A stretch of DNA of 64,000 nucleotides from Gordius albopunctatus (GCA_964276515.1 OZ193909.1:11222001-11286000); one strand, 5' to 3'. Shown: positions 40,501-52,455, counted from the stretch's first letter. Translations and numbers: made by a program. The notes: generated by a model not told the origin, from the letters alone.

Positions 40501-40919
40501 AAAAAAGGCGACCGGATTCAAGCCATAAAATCTTGGCATATTTTAGCCCTATCCTTTTGTGCGTTAGGAGTTCTTTAAAACTATAAGTGTTTAATACTAA
40601 TTGCTTGATTAATGCAGATTCAATTTTTTATTATATATCTAGGACCCCGAATTTGAACATTATTTAGTTAATCTTTTATCGTCTCTGAACATAACAAATT
40701 CCCAAGATCAGCAAGTATTTACCTAAATTGATTTATAAAGAAAAATTGTATACTCAATTACAAATAAGATCTATATCTGTTTCATATTTATATGTATTTA
40801 GGAATTTATCTTGAACCTCAAATTAGACACAAAACAATTCAGGACTTACTTCAAAGTAATTCTTATATATATTCGATTTAAACCTAAAAATATAGGAATT
40901 TATTGTCAAGTTTCGCTGA
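16531..40919 (+). CDS. XPOT: Exportin-T (tRNA exportin). Exons: 16531-16545, 16584-16663, 16701-16757, 16791-17193, 29607-29690, 30324-30680, 31471-31550, 31596-31797, 31919-31981, 32038-32115, 34216-34341, 34391-34498, 34545-34664, 35348-35442, 36232-36397, 37151-(37290 or 37311), 37411-37591, 37838-37963, 38018-38210, 39648-39715, 39761-39809, 39866-39981, 40029-40076, 40643-40714, 40802-40855, 40896-40919
   Basis: Phase-consistent GT-AG splicing gives peptides colinear with animal exportin-T as I recall it: SLSYFENLK, LNKFAQIF, LDLYLRILKAI, GVYASWVDINLVAN, HTTKAFS, VCLDDEIVPYIP, QELIPLVNQITSKYK, IPACFAAPLKSSFDIKDAQT. The start codon and the exon-16 donor are uncertain. Confidence 0.92.
17867..18558. 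mobile_element. Old hAT-type MITE (TAGAGG.CTGCA ends)
   Basis: tagaggtctgca / tgcaggcctcta with decayed acccga subterminal motifs; TSD not recognisable. Confidence 0.65.
18610..20264 (-). mobile_element. hAT transposon with an N-terminally deleted transposase (THAP12/ZMYM1-like group)
   Basis: TIR caagggcgtag / ctacgcgcttg; perfect TSD actcccac at 18602-18609 and 20265-20272. Confidence 0.95.
18774..19899 (-). pseudogene. Partial hAT transposase with a 34-nt intron at 18904-18871
   Basis: LCETRW and LATLPVTTCSNERCFSALKRLKTYLRNTMGQER; after splicing it continues LTGLTLLNVHR...KKRRY*. Confidence 0.85.
20290..20720 (+). pseudogene. Decayed DDE transposase fragment of the HGKxxCDG type (Sola-like)
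   Basis: Translates FYATFHGKTPCNGASGTINRLAYKASLKRP and KLFEWANK with stops; homologous to 26272-27640. Confidence 0.6.
21577..25513. repeat. Long inverted repeat: arms 21577-22532 and 24560-25513 (~955 bp, few mismatches)
   Basis: Identical 74-aa ORFs on opposite strands (21804-22028 - and 25064-25288 +); direct reverse-complement comparison. Confidence 0.95.
23440..23639. other. Assembly gap (200 N) flanked by a 1099-bp direct repeat (22341-23439 = 23640-24738)
   Basis: N run; identical ORF sets offset by 1299 bp. Confidence 0.97.
25984..28500 (-). pseudogene. Decayed Sola-like DDE transposase interrupted by a MITE
   Basis: FSDGSDAQYK...FFEASHGKSPCDGAAG|TLKLLAYTSLQR...LFEWAN, then YEDKWWLAII. 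The superfamily label comes from motif memory and the outer limits are approximate. Confidence 0.65.
26580..27499. mobile_element. hAT-type MITE nested in the Sola-like transposase
   Basis: TIR cagaggtcaga / tctggtctctg; perfect TSD accagcag; gcccg subterminal repeats; removing it restores the transposase frame. Confidence 0.92.
32160..33216 (-). mobile_element. Internally deleted hAT element in XPOT intron 10
   Basis: Perfect TSD atatgatt; TAGT..ACTA ends; gaacgcgttc subterminal repeats; dimerisation motif KYNTPIPSSAPVERVF. Confidence 0.92.
33637..34040 (-). mobile_element. RTE-clade LINE 3' fragment with a (GAA)n-like tail
   Basis: RLRWYGHILRR...GKRGRGRPRVTW; short GAA tail directly after the stop. 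Confidence 0.9.
36622..37088. mobile_element. hAT-type MITE in XPOT intron 15
   Basis: tagaaccctgcacggg...gtgctcta; TSD attacatc / attagatc; cccga repeats; related to 57882-58890. Confidence 0.8.
38704..39602 (+). mobile_element. Complete non-autonomous Helitron (~0.9 kb) in XPOT intron 19
   Basis: A|TC start, 3' hairpin gccaaagcaacgcttggc, CTAG|T end, no TSD. Confidence 0.92.
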
Positions 40920-41169
40920 AAGTAAAAGTCATCATTTTTTGGATGTATTTTTATACTGTTTTTGTTATGTAATTAATCGTGATTGAATGGATTGCATATT
41001 ATTTAATTATATATAAAATGTCATCAATTGTATATTTTGTTATTAAAATTATGTTCATAAATACCTCATAAATCGTTATTGAAGGTTTATAATTTTAAGT
41101 TTGATACAAAATTACAGAATGATGATAATAATAAGAATAAAAGAAAAATGCATGAAACTTATTTAGCAA

Positions 41170-41760
41170 AATGCGTTAAATATAAAAAACTAACCGCAAG
41201 TTGATGAAAAGCTTTTATTAAAACGTAATATGCATAAAACATACAAGTTATCGGTATGTAAAGTGATAGAGTAGGCCGATTTTGTGTAAGGGATAAATAA
41301 GGTGGCGGAGCGACTTCCAAAGCAAGGTATCCTTGTCACGATGCCGGTATTTTCCAGATGAATTAGGCTGGGAATCATTTGTACATTATTCTATGGTTTA
41401 ATGGAATAAAATGGTCCCTATAGTCTTTGATGCGAGCTACGTCTGGCTGAAGTCAATGTTTTTAAAGGCGACTTACAGGGTGAGGAGGGACATAGGAGTT
41501 GAAGTCTCCGGGTCCGAATGTACGTCTTTGTAGTCATCTCTATAAAAGCAAGTCATCAAGAAAGACGTACGTGGACCCGGTGATCACCTTCCCTGCTAAG
41601 TTGCACATGACTGACGAGAAACGAAGGGGCAGAAAGAGGCTTCCTAAGGAAAAGGTTTTAGTTAAAATATCTAAATGTATAAATTCTAATTTTTCCGTTT
41701 ATTTAAAATATTCGTCCCAAAAGCAAATACCTTTATAATAATGTTTATGATCTCACTTTC
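41170..41760 (-). other. Possible small multi-exon gene, frame unresolved (duplicate at about 52850-53440)
   Basis: GC-richer blocks bounded by minus-strand ag|...|gtaagt/gtacgt with short intron-like gaps; no recognised product. Confidence 0.3.
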
Positions 41761-42940
41761 CCTTTTATTGCCTATTGCTGCTTTATATTATTTTAGTTGA
41801 CTTGTGATTGTTCGAAAGTAGTATGAAATCTGTTTGATACCAAAATATGACCGAAACTTAAGTGTTATATTTTCAAGTCATACGCCAAAATAATTATTTA
41901 ATTTACTACAGTGGTTTTTAATTAATAGCTATTTAATTCACTTATTAAATTTTATACGGTAGAAGAAAAGGATTACCTATTCGAACATCTATTTTCTTAA
42001 ATTGTATATAAAATGGCAAAATTATAAAAAAATCTTTTACATCATAAAAAAATTGTTTGCAGAACCATTGAGCGTCTTGTATATAAGGCTTATATTTATT
42101 GTACTTATCTTTGATTTTTGTAAAACCTAATTACCTCAAATATTGTGTATTTAAAACGTCTGTATTTGCTTCATTTTTGTTTGAAATGGCGATATATACC
42201 TAATCCTTAAAAAATTCCTAACACTAATGAATAAAAGCATATTTCATTACATCATCACGGCACGAGTGTGACAAGTAATAAAAATGTATAAGTACTTATA
42301 TAATTTAATACCTTTATCATAAACCTTAAAACGGTGAAATGCTTCATCAAAAATGTCAATTTTTGTTAAGCTACTATGATTTTTCATACATATCTGGAGA
42401 AAATACAAGCAGTTGGAAATATGCGATACAAATATTAGTAAATCGTTTTAGCTTCTAAGGTACTTTAGAATGATACTTTATTACACTTAAAACAATATTG
42501 CTGGAGTATTTAGAATAGTATGTTAGATTCTACAAATTTATAATAATCTTGTTAATATATATCGAAACTGAATTTACAACTAAATAGATCGCAAACTGAT
42601 TAGTATTTAAAGCAATTTAATGTCTATTTTAATTAAATAAGTTTAAAATGGCATTAATGTACCTGAAGACGTTAGGGAAATTGGTAAGGGTAGGAATAGC
42701 GTAGGGGAAATGTAGTTTCAGCTAAAATATAGACAATATTTTAGCTTAATTAACTTTATCACATATTCTATCCGTTTAATTTATAGACCATACCTTCGCT
42801 TTTTTTGGTGTTTTCCATCTTTTCCGCAATATTAACTTTCATTTCATGATTAACCTTAGTAATTGCTTTCTTTAAATGATATATAGACCTAAGGAATATT
42901 TCTTTCTGCGATATAATGTCCTGGATGTAGCATAAGTGAA

Positions 42941-43354
42941 TTAATCTTTACGCCAGGGCCAAGCCCATTTCCGGCGTGTTGCAAGAAGATCTTTGGGTTT
43001 GGGTATTATTTTTATCTTGACTGCTATGGCTACGCGTATCTCCATATCTGGAATGTAACTTGGATGAATAGGCGCAAGTTTGGAAATATTTCTACGAGCT
43101 TCTGGGGGGCTTGAGTCCCGAGGCCTCGACTCTATAAAAGCTTCGACCTCAATCCCCAGATGGACTATAGTATCATCGGCGGAATCCTCATCAATTTCCT
43201 CGACTATTGTTTCCTCGAATACATTCTTTATTTCACCTTTTCTTTCTTTCGGTCCATCATGATTTTCTCGTTTTTCTTTCATTACAACTTTTTCTACTTT
43301 GCCTTTTTTTCGCAAACATGGGAAGCACATTAATAAATATTTCATGCTAACCAT
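42941..43354 (-). CDS. Intronless 137-aa orphan protein, copy 1
   Basis: ATG at 43354 (MVSMKYLLMCFPCLRKKGK...); long ORF in very AT-rich surroundings; frame intact in both copies. Confidence 0.6.
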   Translation of the reverse strand: MVSMKYLLMCFPCLRKKGKVEKVVMKEKRENHDGPKERKGEIKNVFEETIVEEIDEDSADDTIVHLGIEVEAFIESRPRDSSPPEARRNISKLAPIHPSYIPDMEIRVAIAVKIKIIPKPKDLLATRRKWAWPWRKD

Positions 43355-43708
43355 CTTATACAAATTATAAATATTTGATTGTTGTCTTTCACTTATATAA
43401 CATTTATAAATCGATCACGTGGGTTGTCGTACTTTAAACATAGTTTTTTCGATTGTTGCTATACATTAAAGCATATCCTTACAATAGCTTGTTTAATATA
43501 TTTTTAAAACTGTATATTTTACATCAAAGCGCATAATTTCAATTGCCCCAAAGTACTAAATTATTTTAACTATATAAATATTGGTTTAAAATTAGAAAAT
43601 TTTTAATATTGGCTTAAATTATGATAATTTTATCATTCGAGCTTAATAATAACTTAGCTTAGCACAACCATTGATAGTCTCTGTATAAACATAATAAAAC
43701 TATTTATA

Positions 43709-43873
43709 CATGGGCGTAGCCAGGGAGTGTGGCTGCCCCCCCCTCTGATTAGCCATTTTATAGGTCGCGTTTTGGATACTGTAGACCTTTTTTTTGCTCG
43801 CCGAAAATTTTGGGTAAGGAAAATTTTTTTTACTCTGCCCCCCCCCCTAATTAAAAACCTGGCTACGCCCATG
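43709..43873. mobile_element. 165-bp hAT MITE
   Basis: TIR catgggcgtagccagg; perfect TSD tatttata. Confidence 0.93.
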
Positions 43874-44581
43874 TATTTATATATATATATATCAATATCA
43901 TTTGATTTCAATAGTTCTTGAATCATGTTAACAACCTATTATAATTACGCTCTATTCCACAAGTTTCAAAATCCTTTTTCCTTTTTTACAGAAGTATTAG
44001 CTACTTAATTTTTAACGATTATCTTTTATAAAAGAGACATAATTATCCCGGAATTAGTATATAATAAATTAAATAATTTTCTTCACGATAAAAACCTATG
44101 ACATTTCTTTAGTGGGAAAAGCATGAGGATATATACACGTGGCAAAAATGATAGGAAACTTTGAAAATAACCAAATTTTGACTACGAGAAATCGTTTTAA
44201 TCATAAATTGTAAACTTTATTTTTAACGGATCATATTAAGATAATCAGCTCTACCTTAAAAATAAAAAAAATCACGACTGGTTTTTATGGGTCAATATAA
44301 GCCTGGCCTCCAGAAATGGTGTATTTCTCGTAAACTGTGGGTCATAAAACAACGATATTTTGTACAGATATTCTATTTAAAATTTTCTTTTTTACTAAAC
44401 CTATTTGTTTTTAAGATACTTTTAAATATGTCTTGGATCTACACGCCTAAATAAATATAAATTGTTTATGTGCAATGGTAGACAAGCTCAAAATCTATCT
44501 ACAAAGGTAGAAGAAGAATTTAATATTACTTTGAAATTTTGATTTCAAAAAAACCAAATCCTTAAACAAAATTATTTGCAA

Positions 44582-47500
44582 CTAGCTGTGCCCGGCCAAG
44601 CTTTGCTTTGGCTCAGTCCTTAAGTGGTTAAATAAGTATAACCTATTAATAAGACTTATCTAAAATAAGGTCATATATGAAATAATTTATAATTTGAAAG
44701 GTCCTAATGCTAATGCAAATAAATATCCATAATATTTATTGAAGAGCGATATAAAATATTTATTAATACATCTACAATGCTAAGGCAATAATCTGGCCAA
44801 ATTTGGTGGCAATCGGTTGAGAACTTCAAAAGTTATTAGCGCACAAAAAAACGGCAGGATCCGTGGTATGAGGACATCTTCTCCAGTGAAAGGTCCAGTC
44901 AAAATCTAATAAAAAGGGGAGAAATGCTAAAAGAAATATAAAATTATAGAATTTAAAAGGTGATTATACGCGAGTAAAATCAATAGGCTTTAATGGTAAT
45001 TGCTAAAAGTTATGAGTGGATAAATAGAAATAATACTAACTTTAATTATTTATGCAAAAAAGTAGTGAGGCGTTATAAAGAGGGTTGTAGGTTCGGGTAA
45101 GAGATGCTTCGCAGCTTAACTTCTTCCTTAGAAAGGAAGAAATTGCTATAATGCTTGGGGATAGACAATATTTTTGGTCATGTTATTATCTGTGTAGATA
45201 TACAAATTTTGTGGATTGCCGACGCGCGAACATGCAACATATAATTGTCCATGTGAAAAACAATCTGTTTCTAAATCTATACCACAAATTTCTAGAGACT
45301 GGCCTTGAGCTTTGTTAATGGTAATAGCAAATGCGAGTTTAAAAGGAAATTGCAATCTTTTGAATTCAAATGGTAAATCTGTTGGAATCAAAGGGATCCG
45401 TGGTATGAGGACATCTTCTCCAGTGAAAGGTCCAGTCAAAATCGGTGTGCCGTTGCAAAGTTTTGGCTGATTAACATTGCGCAACATCATAATCGGTACG
45501 CCAATTTTCAAATGCAAAACGTGTGGTGGTATGCCTGGGAGATCTAGCGAATTTAAAAATTCGAGCGGATAATTAACAGCGTCATCAGCAGTAACAACAG
45601 TGTCAACCGATTTGTAGGTAACTGGAGTGCCGTCAATTGTAGACAGAATGAGATTGTTAAGTTCTTGGACGTCTTTATTCTTTGGGGCAAGAATAGCCCG
45701 TTGACGGAGCCATATTCGATCCTGATAATGGGTGTTAATATTTGGAAAAACTTTTTCTACCAAAGCTGTTTTGGACGACACAAAATGGCAGAAGCTAGTA
45801 GGAAATAAAATACGTCCTGTGTTTATATCGACGGGCACGGTTCCGTTTCCAATTTCTAGCAATTGATGGGAGAATAACTCACATGCTTGCTCATTTTGTA
45901 ACATTACACGCATATTAGTAGTTAAATTTAAGGTTTTGACATAAGGCCACAAAATAGAATATTTTAGGCAAGCATTGATCTCGTCAGCAGGGGTTGATCG
46001 AGGAAGCACTGGTAAAGTTTGACTGAAATCTCCTGCAAGAAATAAAAATGCCCTACCAAATGGTCTGGAATCTCGCCGCAAATCTTGCAAAGAACGATCT
46101 AGAGCTTCGAGTGATTTTTTATGGGCCATTGGGCATTCATCCCAAACGATAAGTTTGCCCCTTTCTAGTACTTTACCCATTCCAGATGCTCGGGAAATGT
46201 TGCACATGGGAGTTTCGCTATAATGAATGTTTAAAGGCAATTTTAATGCTGAATGAGCAGTTTTACCACCAGGCAACAATGTCGCAGCTATTAAGATGCA
46301 AGAGCAACGGCTATTTCATTTTGGGATCGAACAGTTGCAAGAAGTAAAGTCAGTAAAAATGTTTTACCAGTTCCGCCAGGAGCATCTAAGAAAAAAATAT
46401 CTCCAGAACCTTTATTAACAGCTAATAATATTGTATCATAAATGGCTTTTTGTTGGAGTGTTAGCCTTGGAACATTAGAGCGCACATAAAACAAAAGATC
46501 TTCCTGGTTATAATTAAGTTCACGGTAGAATTCTGCATGTAATGGAGCGGCAGAAGAGCGATTAGGCGCAGACATCCCCAATTGTATTAAAACTTTATTC
46601 CCGATTTTTAAGCATAAATCTTCAAGAATAATTAAAGTTTGATTATAATGTGACATTTGAGGCATGTTAATGATAGGATGTGAAGTACTATTCCGATGAA
46701 TAATATCTTATGCCATATGTGCTTTATATTCATCCCATAAAGATTTAGGATTTGACGGAGAGCATGAAGTCAATATAATCGCAAATAATGCACGGATTTG
46801 TTTTGGATTTGTAGTATGACACGCCTCACTGATGCATTCCTCCCAATGATTATCGTGTTCTAATAGATGCATAGCTTGGCATGCACTGCGGAAAGTGGGA
46901 TGTACAACACCGTCGACCACTTTTAATTCTTGGAAACATTTAGGACCACGTACATTAATTAAAAGCATGCGAAGAAAGAAACATTCATCTTGATTGGGAT
47001 GGATAGTGTATAGTCGGCCTATCGCATCACCCTCGAATATGTCAGGGTGTCCATCGATACACTTTCCACGTTTGCGACGGCAAAACGATCTGCTACGCGA
47101 ATTCCATGTGTAGTAGGTAGGTACCTCTGAATAGAGCAGCGTCTGCGCAAAAACATCATGTTGGCATAGCTTGAAGAAAGCTGTGAGCGTTGTGTCGGGG
47201 GGGGGGGGGGTTTAAAGCGATTTGTTGGACATTAGCATTTGTAAAATAAACTCGCTGCCAATTTTCTAGATGCACGGCTAAGTGAACCACAGCAGGACTA
47301 CGGTCATGTATGGGGAGGGATAGAATACGCCACACAGCTTCATTACTGCTAATGTATCTTCCAGCCTGATACTGTGCGATTTCATCGGTGTGAAGGTTCC
47401 CTAATTGGGCTATGCTATCTGGTTGAACAGTGAAAACTGCCATATCACTGCCTTTGTTTACATATTTACAAATATATTTGATGGATTTAACGGAGTTACA

Positions 47501-50324
47501 ATACTCAACGTTGATGTGAGCTTTGTATAATTTTAAGAGCAGAGGACTATATGGAACAACCCATCGGTTGTCCACCTCGACCGTTGCATTGCGTATGGGG
47601 ATGGGTGCTACGTTACCACCACCTTCTATTGATCTTCTTTTGTACAAAGGGTATCCATCGTTGCCGGTAATTGTATTGCATACTGAGCTTCGAGGATATC
47701 GCTTTGAGCATTTGCCGTCTATCATGCATGGCGATCTTGGATTAAGTGTTCCGCAAGGGCAGTGTATCATATTTTTTTGTAACAATTTGGTACAAATCGT
47801 TATCTAAGTTGGGGTCGGGGATTTCAGCAGATAATAAAGCGTCGATTTCGTTTGACATAATCTTGCTATATAGGCATATGAGTATATGGGCATGAGGCAA
47901 ACCTCTCTTTTGCCATTCGACTGAATACATCCAGCAACGCACAGACCCAAATAGCTCATGCTTAACAATGAGATTAAGCATTGATTTAAGTTTTTGCCGG
48001 AAAACACGGGCGGTAATGTCATGCCTATCGATAGGTAATTGACCAGGAAACAAAAGGTCTTTTATGTCGTCCCACGCTGGGTTGCATGTAAAAGTTATAA
48101 ATAGGTCCGGACGACCGTATTTACGAACATACGCAATTGAATCTTGAGCGTATTCATGCATATGGCGTGGACTTCCTGTATAAGATGAAGGCAAAATGGT
48201 TAATCTCCCAACGTTAATGGTATTAGAGTCGTTACGAAGAGCATCTCGCAAATGGATATATTCTTCTGAGCGAAGTTTAGTCTGATTTAAGCGGATGTAT
48301 AACAAACGCTCCGATTCAATTTTGGCATACATATCCACGATGTATTGGTGGAATAATAGCTGGCATTTTAAAATAAAATTGTCCCCGTCCGCTCGAATCA
48401 TTATTCTGTATGAATAATAGTTCATAGCGCTGCATTTTGAGTTTGTAGGTTCGCCATTGATTGGATTTATCATCTTAACATTAAAGTGATATCCGTCAGC
48501 ACCATCCCAAAATATAATTGGATATTGAAGGGGGTCATAGCAGCGATGAGTGTCAGCAACTTGTGTCAAAGCATTGTTTCTCCTATGAAGCACAATGTCT
48601 CTAGGTTGAAATTGATCCCCAACTATAACAATGGCGACTTCATGTATAGTTAGGGCATTAAATCTTCTCCCGGAGGAGTTTTGTCAGCATGAATGACTAT
48701 TTTGTGGGTATCTGAAGGCATTATGTCCAGTGCAGTTTTGAATAAACGCACTAAATTATTATTAGCATGAAGCAGCAACTGAAGCTGTGAAACTATGGAT
48801 CTTTTTAAACGGCTAAAAATGTCGAGGCGTGCACCTAATTCTATCTCATCATCTCCGATAAAATATAGTTGTAGGAACTTATGTTGCCCTTCTGGCAATG
48901 GAAGGAGGGATCCGGCTTTATGATAAATTTCACCTTTTACCTTGAATGTAGGCATGAATTGTGTGGTTACAACATCAGCGCCAAACGACGTCATTTGGAA
49001 ACAGGAGTTGTATTTCCTGATGTTAGATAGAAAATGTTTAGAATCAGTGGTATAACCAAGCCAGCAATGTTTTTAATGGCTCAGGCGGTTCTGCAACGTG
49101 AGGCAGTTTAACTTTTCCGGCTGCGCAACACATTCCAGTCGTTTCTCCAGCAAATTTCAAGGCATTGCAATGAGGACACACAATAGACATAGTACCAATG
49201 AGAACATGGCGACGTAAACTTTTAATATTAGATGGGTAAGAAAATGCTAGGCGGTTGCCTGCGGGTAATGGCTGAGCACGTGAAGGTGGCTGAGGCAGAG
49301 TTGCAGACTGTTGTAGTTCATTTTCAAGCTCAAGAGCACGCAATCGGCGAACTCGATCCGTATTTCGTGTTTCACGTCCAATATATGTTTTCTTGGGGCG
49401 CATGAATCTAAAGTCGATATACTAAGAAAATGAAAAATACATAAATAAGTCGAATTTTTTTTAAAGTAAAACTTGTTTTTATTAAATGAAACTTTGTATG
49501 CTAAAAAATTATTAAAGTAAAAATGAAGTGTAATAATAGTATAGTGTTTCCCTATGTATTAAAAACATTCAATAGTATTTTACAAAGATAAGTTTAAAGT
49601 TTGAGGTTTTAATCAAATATGGTTAAAAAGATATAACAAATTTAAATGTGGGGTAAAAAATACCATAGAAATGCTATTCGTTTGGAAAAATATTTCTAAT
49701 ATAAAATTGTTAAGGTTACTTAAACAGCAGTGATTTTAGTTGTTTCTAATGCATGATGTGTTGTTTTCTTGGGTTTAGACTTTTCAGAAATATAAGCCAA
49801 CATATGGAGAAATTATTTGTAATATCTTGAAGTGGGCTGTTTTTATTAAATGAAACTTTGTACTCTTGATGCGCGCTTTGATTATTATAACAATATTTTT
49901 ACGTCAAACGTTTAGATACGTAATCCTTTAACAGAGCACGCGTCTTTTTTATATTATAAAATTTTTGATGTTTTACGGTTTTTAATTATTTAGTTGTAAC
50001 AGATATATATATTGTAAAAAATAACCCAAAGGTGAATAAAAATAGTGAAATATGTGACAAACGATTAGTAGAAAAACATTTAAAACTATGAGCACAACTC
50101 TAACATAAAATAATAATCGAGATAAGCGTTGTAGCTGACGTCCGCTAGATGGCGGTAACCAAATTAAAAAACATGGTTCCCGCTGTCGCAGCTTGATAAA
50201 AAGTATCTATAAACCATCTACAATGATAAGGCAATAATCTGGCCAAATTTGGTGGCAATCGGTTGAGAACTCTAAAAGTTATTAGCGTACAAAAAAACGG
50301 GACTTAGATTTTTATATATATAGA
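44582..50324 (-). mobile_element. Near-complete Helitron (5.7 kb) with a disrupted Rep/Helicase gene
   Basis: Minus strand A|TC start at 50324; hairpin and CTAG|T end at 44582; no TSD. Confidence 0.95.
45146..49403 (-). pseudogene. Helitron RepHel (HUH Rep + PIF1-like helicase) broken by stops, frameshifts and deletions
   Basis: CPHCNALKF..CCAAGK; PDLFITFTCNP; VEWQKRGLPHAHIL; KYICKYVNKG; DAPGGTGKT; VWDECPM; AFAITINKAQGQSL; spread over 7 ORF fragments. Confidence 0.95.
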
Positions 50325-50870
50325 TTGTCATAACCTTGTTTTTATTTACTAAATTCTTTATCTAAATGCTAAATATTTCGTTAACATAAATCAATAAACA
50401 TTTTTTTGTTAACATAAATAAATAAAAAGATTTTTTATCATAAAAAATATACAGAATAAGTAACATGGCTCTTTTTAAGAAATAAATGTCCAAAATGATC
50501 ATATTATTAATTTGTTAAGTTAGATATGAAGGGGTATTTTTCTGTAGTCCATACTATTTAATATTAAAGTATATACAATTTATCCCCGATCACGAGTTAT
50601 AAAATTCTTGTACAATGGCGTAGGGAAGGGGGCCCGACAAAAAATTTTAAAAAATTTCGAATTATATGGGAAACTCAATGATATTAATAGGACATTTGTT
50701 GGCGTTGCTCTGATCTAAATAATTAATCACTACAATTAATTTGGAGATTTAATTCTAGATGATTAATATAAATTAATATAAAGATTGTTTTTACCAAAAA
50801 TTTCCGTCCTGATTTTAAAATGAAAAGAAACTTAATTTGTAATTAATTTCCTAAAAAAAACTATCTCAAC

Positions 50871-50945
50871 TAGTGATGATCAAAACCTAGGTCAGGTTTT
50901 CCCGAGGTCCAACCTCAGATCGGTTTCAGGTTTTGATCATCACTA
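50871..50945. mobile_element. 75-bp micro-MITE (hAT-type)
   Basis: 18-bp perfect TIR tagtgatgatcaaaacct; perfect 8-bp TSD atctcaac. Confidence 0.92.
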
Positions 50946-51211
50946 ATCTCAACCTCTAAAATAGAAGAGGAGGATGCTAATACAAATCAAATTTTAGTAA
51001 AGATAGTTAATAAATTTAATTTTTCTAAACGTTCAACATGCATAATTTAACTTATTTTAGATTCTTTGTTTTAAAATTGCGAGTGTTAATACTATTATTG
51101 GAGAGCATTATAATAAAATAAAATTAAGACTCAAACTATAATTTCACATTAATATATGTTTATGCTTCATTCATGCATGCCCCATTTCTTACTATAAAAT
51201 TTCTTTTCTTT

Positions 51212-51322
51212 GGAAACAGATATTTTTTGCAACTCGTTGTTAATCCCATCAATAGTTTTGCCCTAGCCTAAATTTTTCCGTTTTGTACTTTCAATCGATG
51301 TTGCGATCCATCATCCTACAGT
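51212..51322 (+). pseudogene. Degenerate copy of the XPOT intron 10/exon 11 junction
   Basis: ttgttaatcccatcaatagttttgcc...tgttgcgatccatcatcctacagta resembles 34178-34250. Confidence 0.65.
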
Positions 51323-51335
51323 AACAGTTACAAAA

Positions 51336-52455
51336 ATAAAGTAGAGACTTATAAATATCATATGGCCTCTTGCAACAAGCAAGGAGAGCATTCGGCAAAG
51401 CAATAACACTTACTACTACCACTACCAAGGTTCTAACCAATACTGACATATTAAACTGAGGGAAGAATGCGATTCCAAAATAGATATGTCCTCCGACAAA
51501 TCTACTAATATATGGGATAGCACATCAACATTCAATCATCACTGACACCTCGGTCACCACACCAGCAAACACTAGTGTCACTAAGCAACATTGACCAACT
51601 AAGTTAACAGCTAGTTTATATCATTTAGACGAAAAGAGAAAACTGTCACTCACTACTGATGCTTCCAACTTACAGCAAACATAAAACGGTGATATTCTAA
51701 CAATAGCTTTCGATTCAAATAAAATTTCACAAACGCAAACGCACTACAACAAATTCAGCCGAAAAATACTGGCCATTTACCTTATGTAAAACATTACAGC
51801 CATGTTCTTGAAGGACGCTCTTTAAACATAAACACCGATTACACTGACCACAAACCCTTAAATTTCCTTTTTAGCACTCTTTGAAAATAGGAGGGGAATT
51901 ATATAGTTACCTAGGTAATTTGAATAAAGCAACTCGAGCATCGGTTACCTAAGTGTTTGCACTAGTGTTTGGTGGTGTGGTTACCGAGGTGTGAGTGATG
52001 ATTGAATGTTCATGTGCTATCCCATTTATTAGTAGATTTGTCGGAGCAAACATATCTATTTTGGAATCGCATCCTTCCCTCAGTTTAATAGGTCAGTATT
52101 GGTTAGAACCTTGGTAGTGGTAGTAGTAAGTGTTATTGCTTTGCCGAACGCTGTCCTTGCTCGTTGCAAGAGGCCATATGATGTTTATAAGTTTCTACTT
52201 TATTATAACCCAAAAGAAAAGTGATTCAAGTGAATGCTATTAGTTAAAACGTCGTGTTTATATACACATCTGGCGAGGTTATTTGTGTGAATAATAATGG
52301 TAAATAACGAGATATTTAAATTATAAGGAGTGGTCAAGTAATAAGGTTAAGATATATGAATAGTGAGGTTTGTGAGTGCTCGAATAGTAAAGGTTAAGTT
52401 TTTTGCTAGGTAACCGATGATCGAGTTGCTTTATTCAAATTACCTAGGTAACCAT
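51336..52455. mobile_element. Rearranged Gypsy relic with overlapping inverted repeats
   Basis: 51336-51578 is inverted to 51960-52205; 51905-51951 is inverted to 52407-52454; the spacer encodes RNase H remnants (LTTDASN, LEGRSLNINTD, DHKPL) and a PPT-like taggagggga. Confidence 0.75.

Larger units (their letters stand above)
40795..43560 (+). repeat. Segmental duplication, copy 1 (copy 2 at about 52478-55450)
   Basis: Colinear similarity covering XPOT exons 25-26, the 3' flank and paired ORFs (41190/52864, 41499/53173, 42941/54833). Confidence 0.93.

Noticed and set aside
42670..42712. Telomere-like G-rich motifs (ttaggg..taagggtagg)
   Set aside because: Not a regular tandem repeat.
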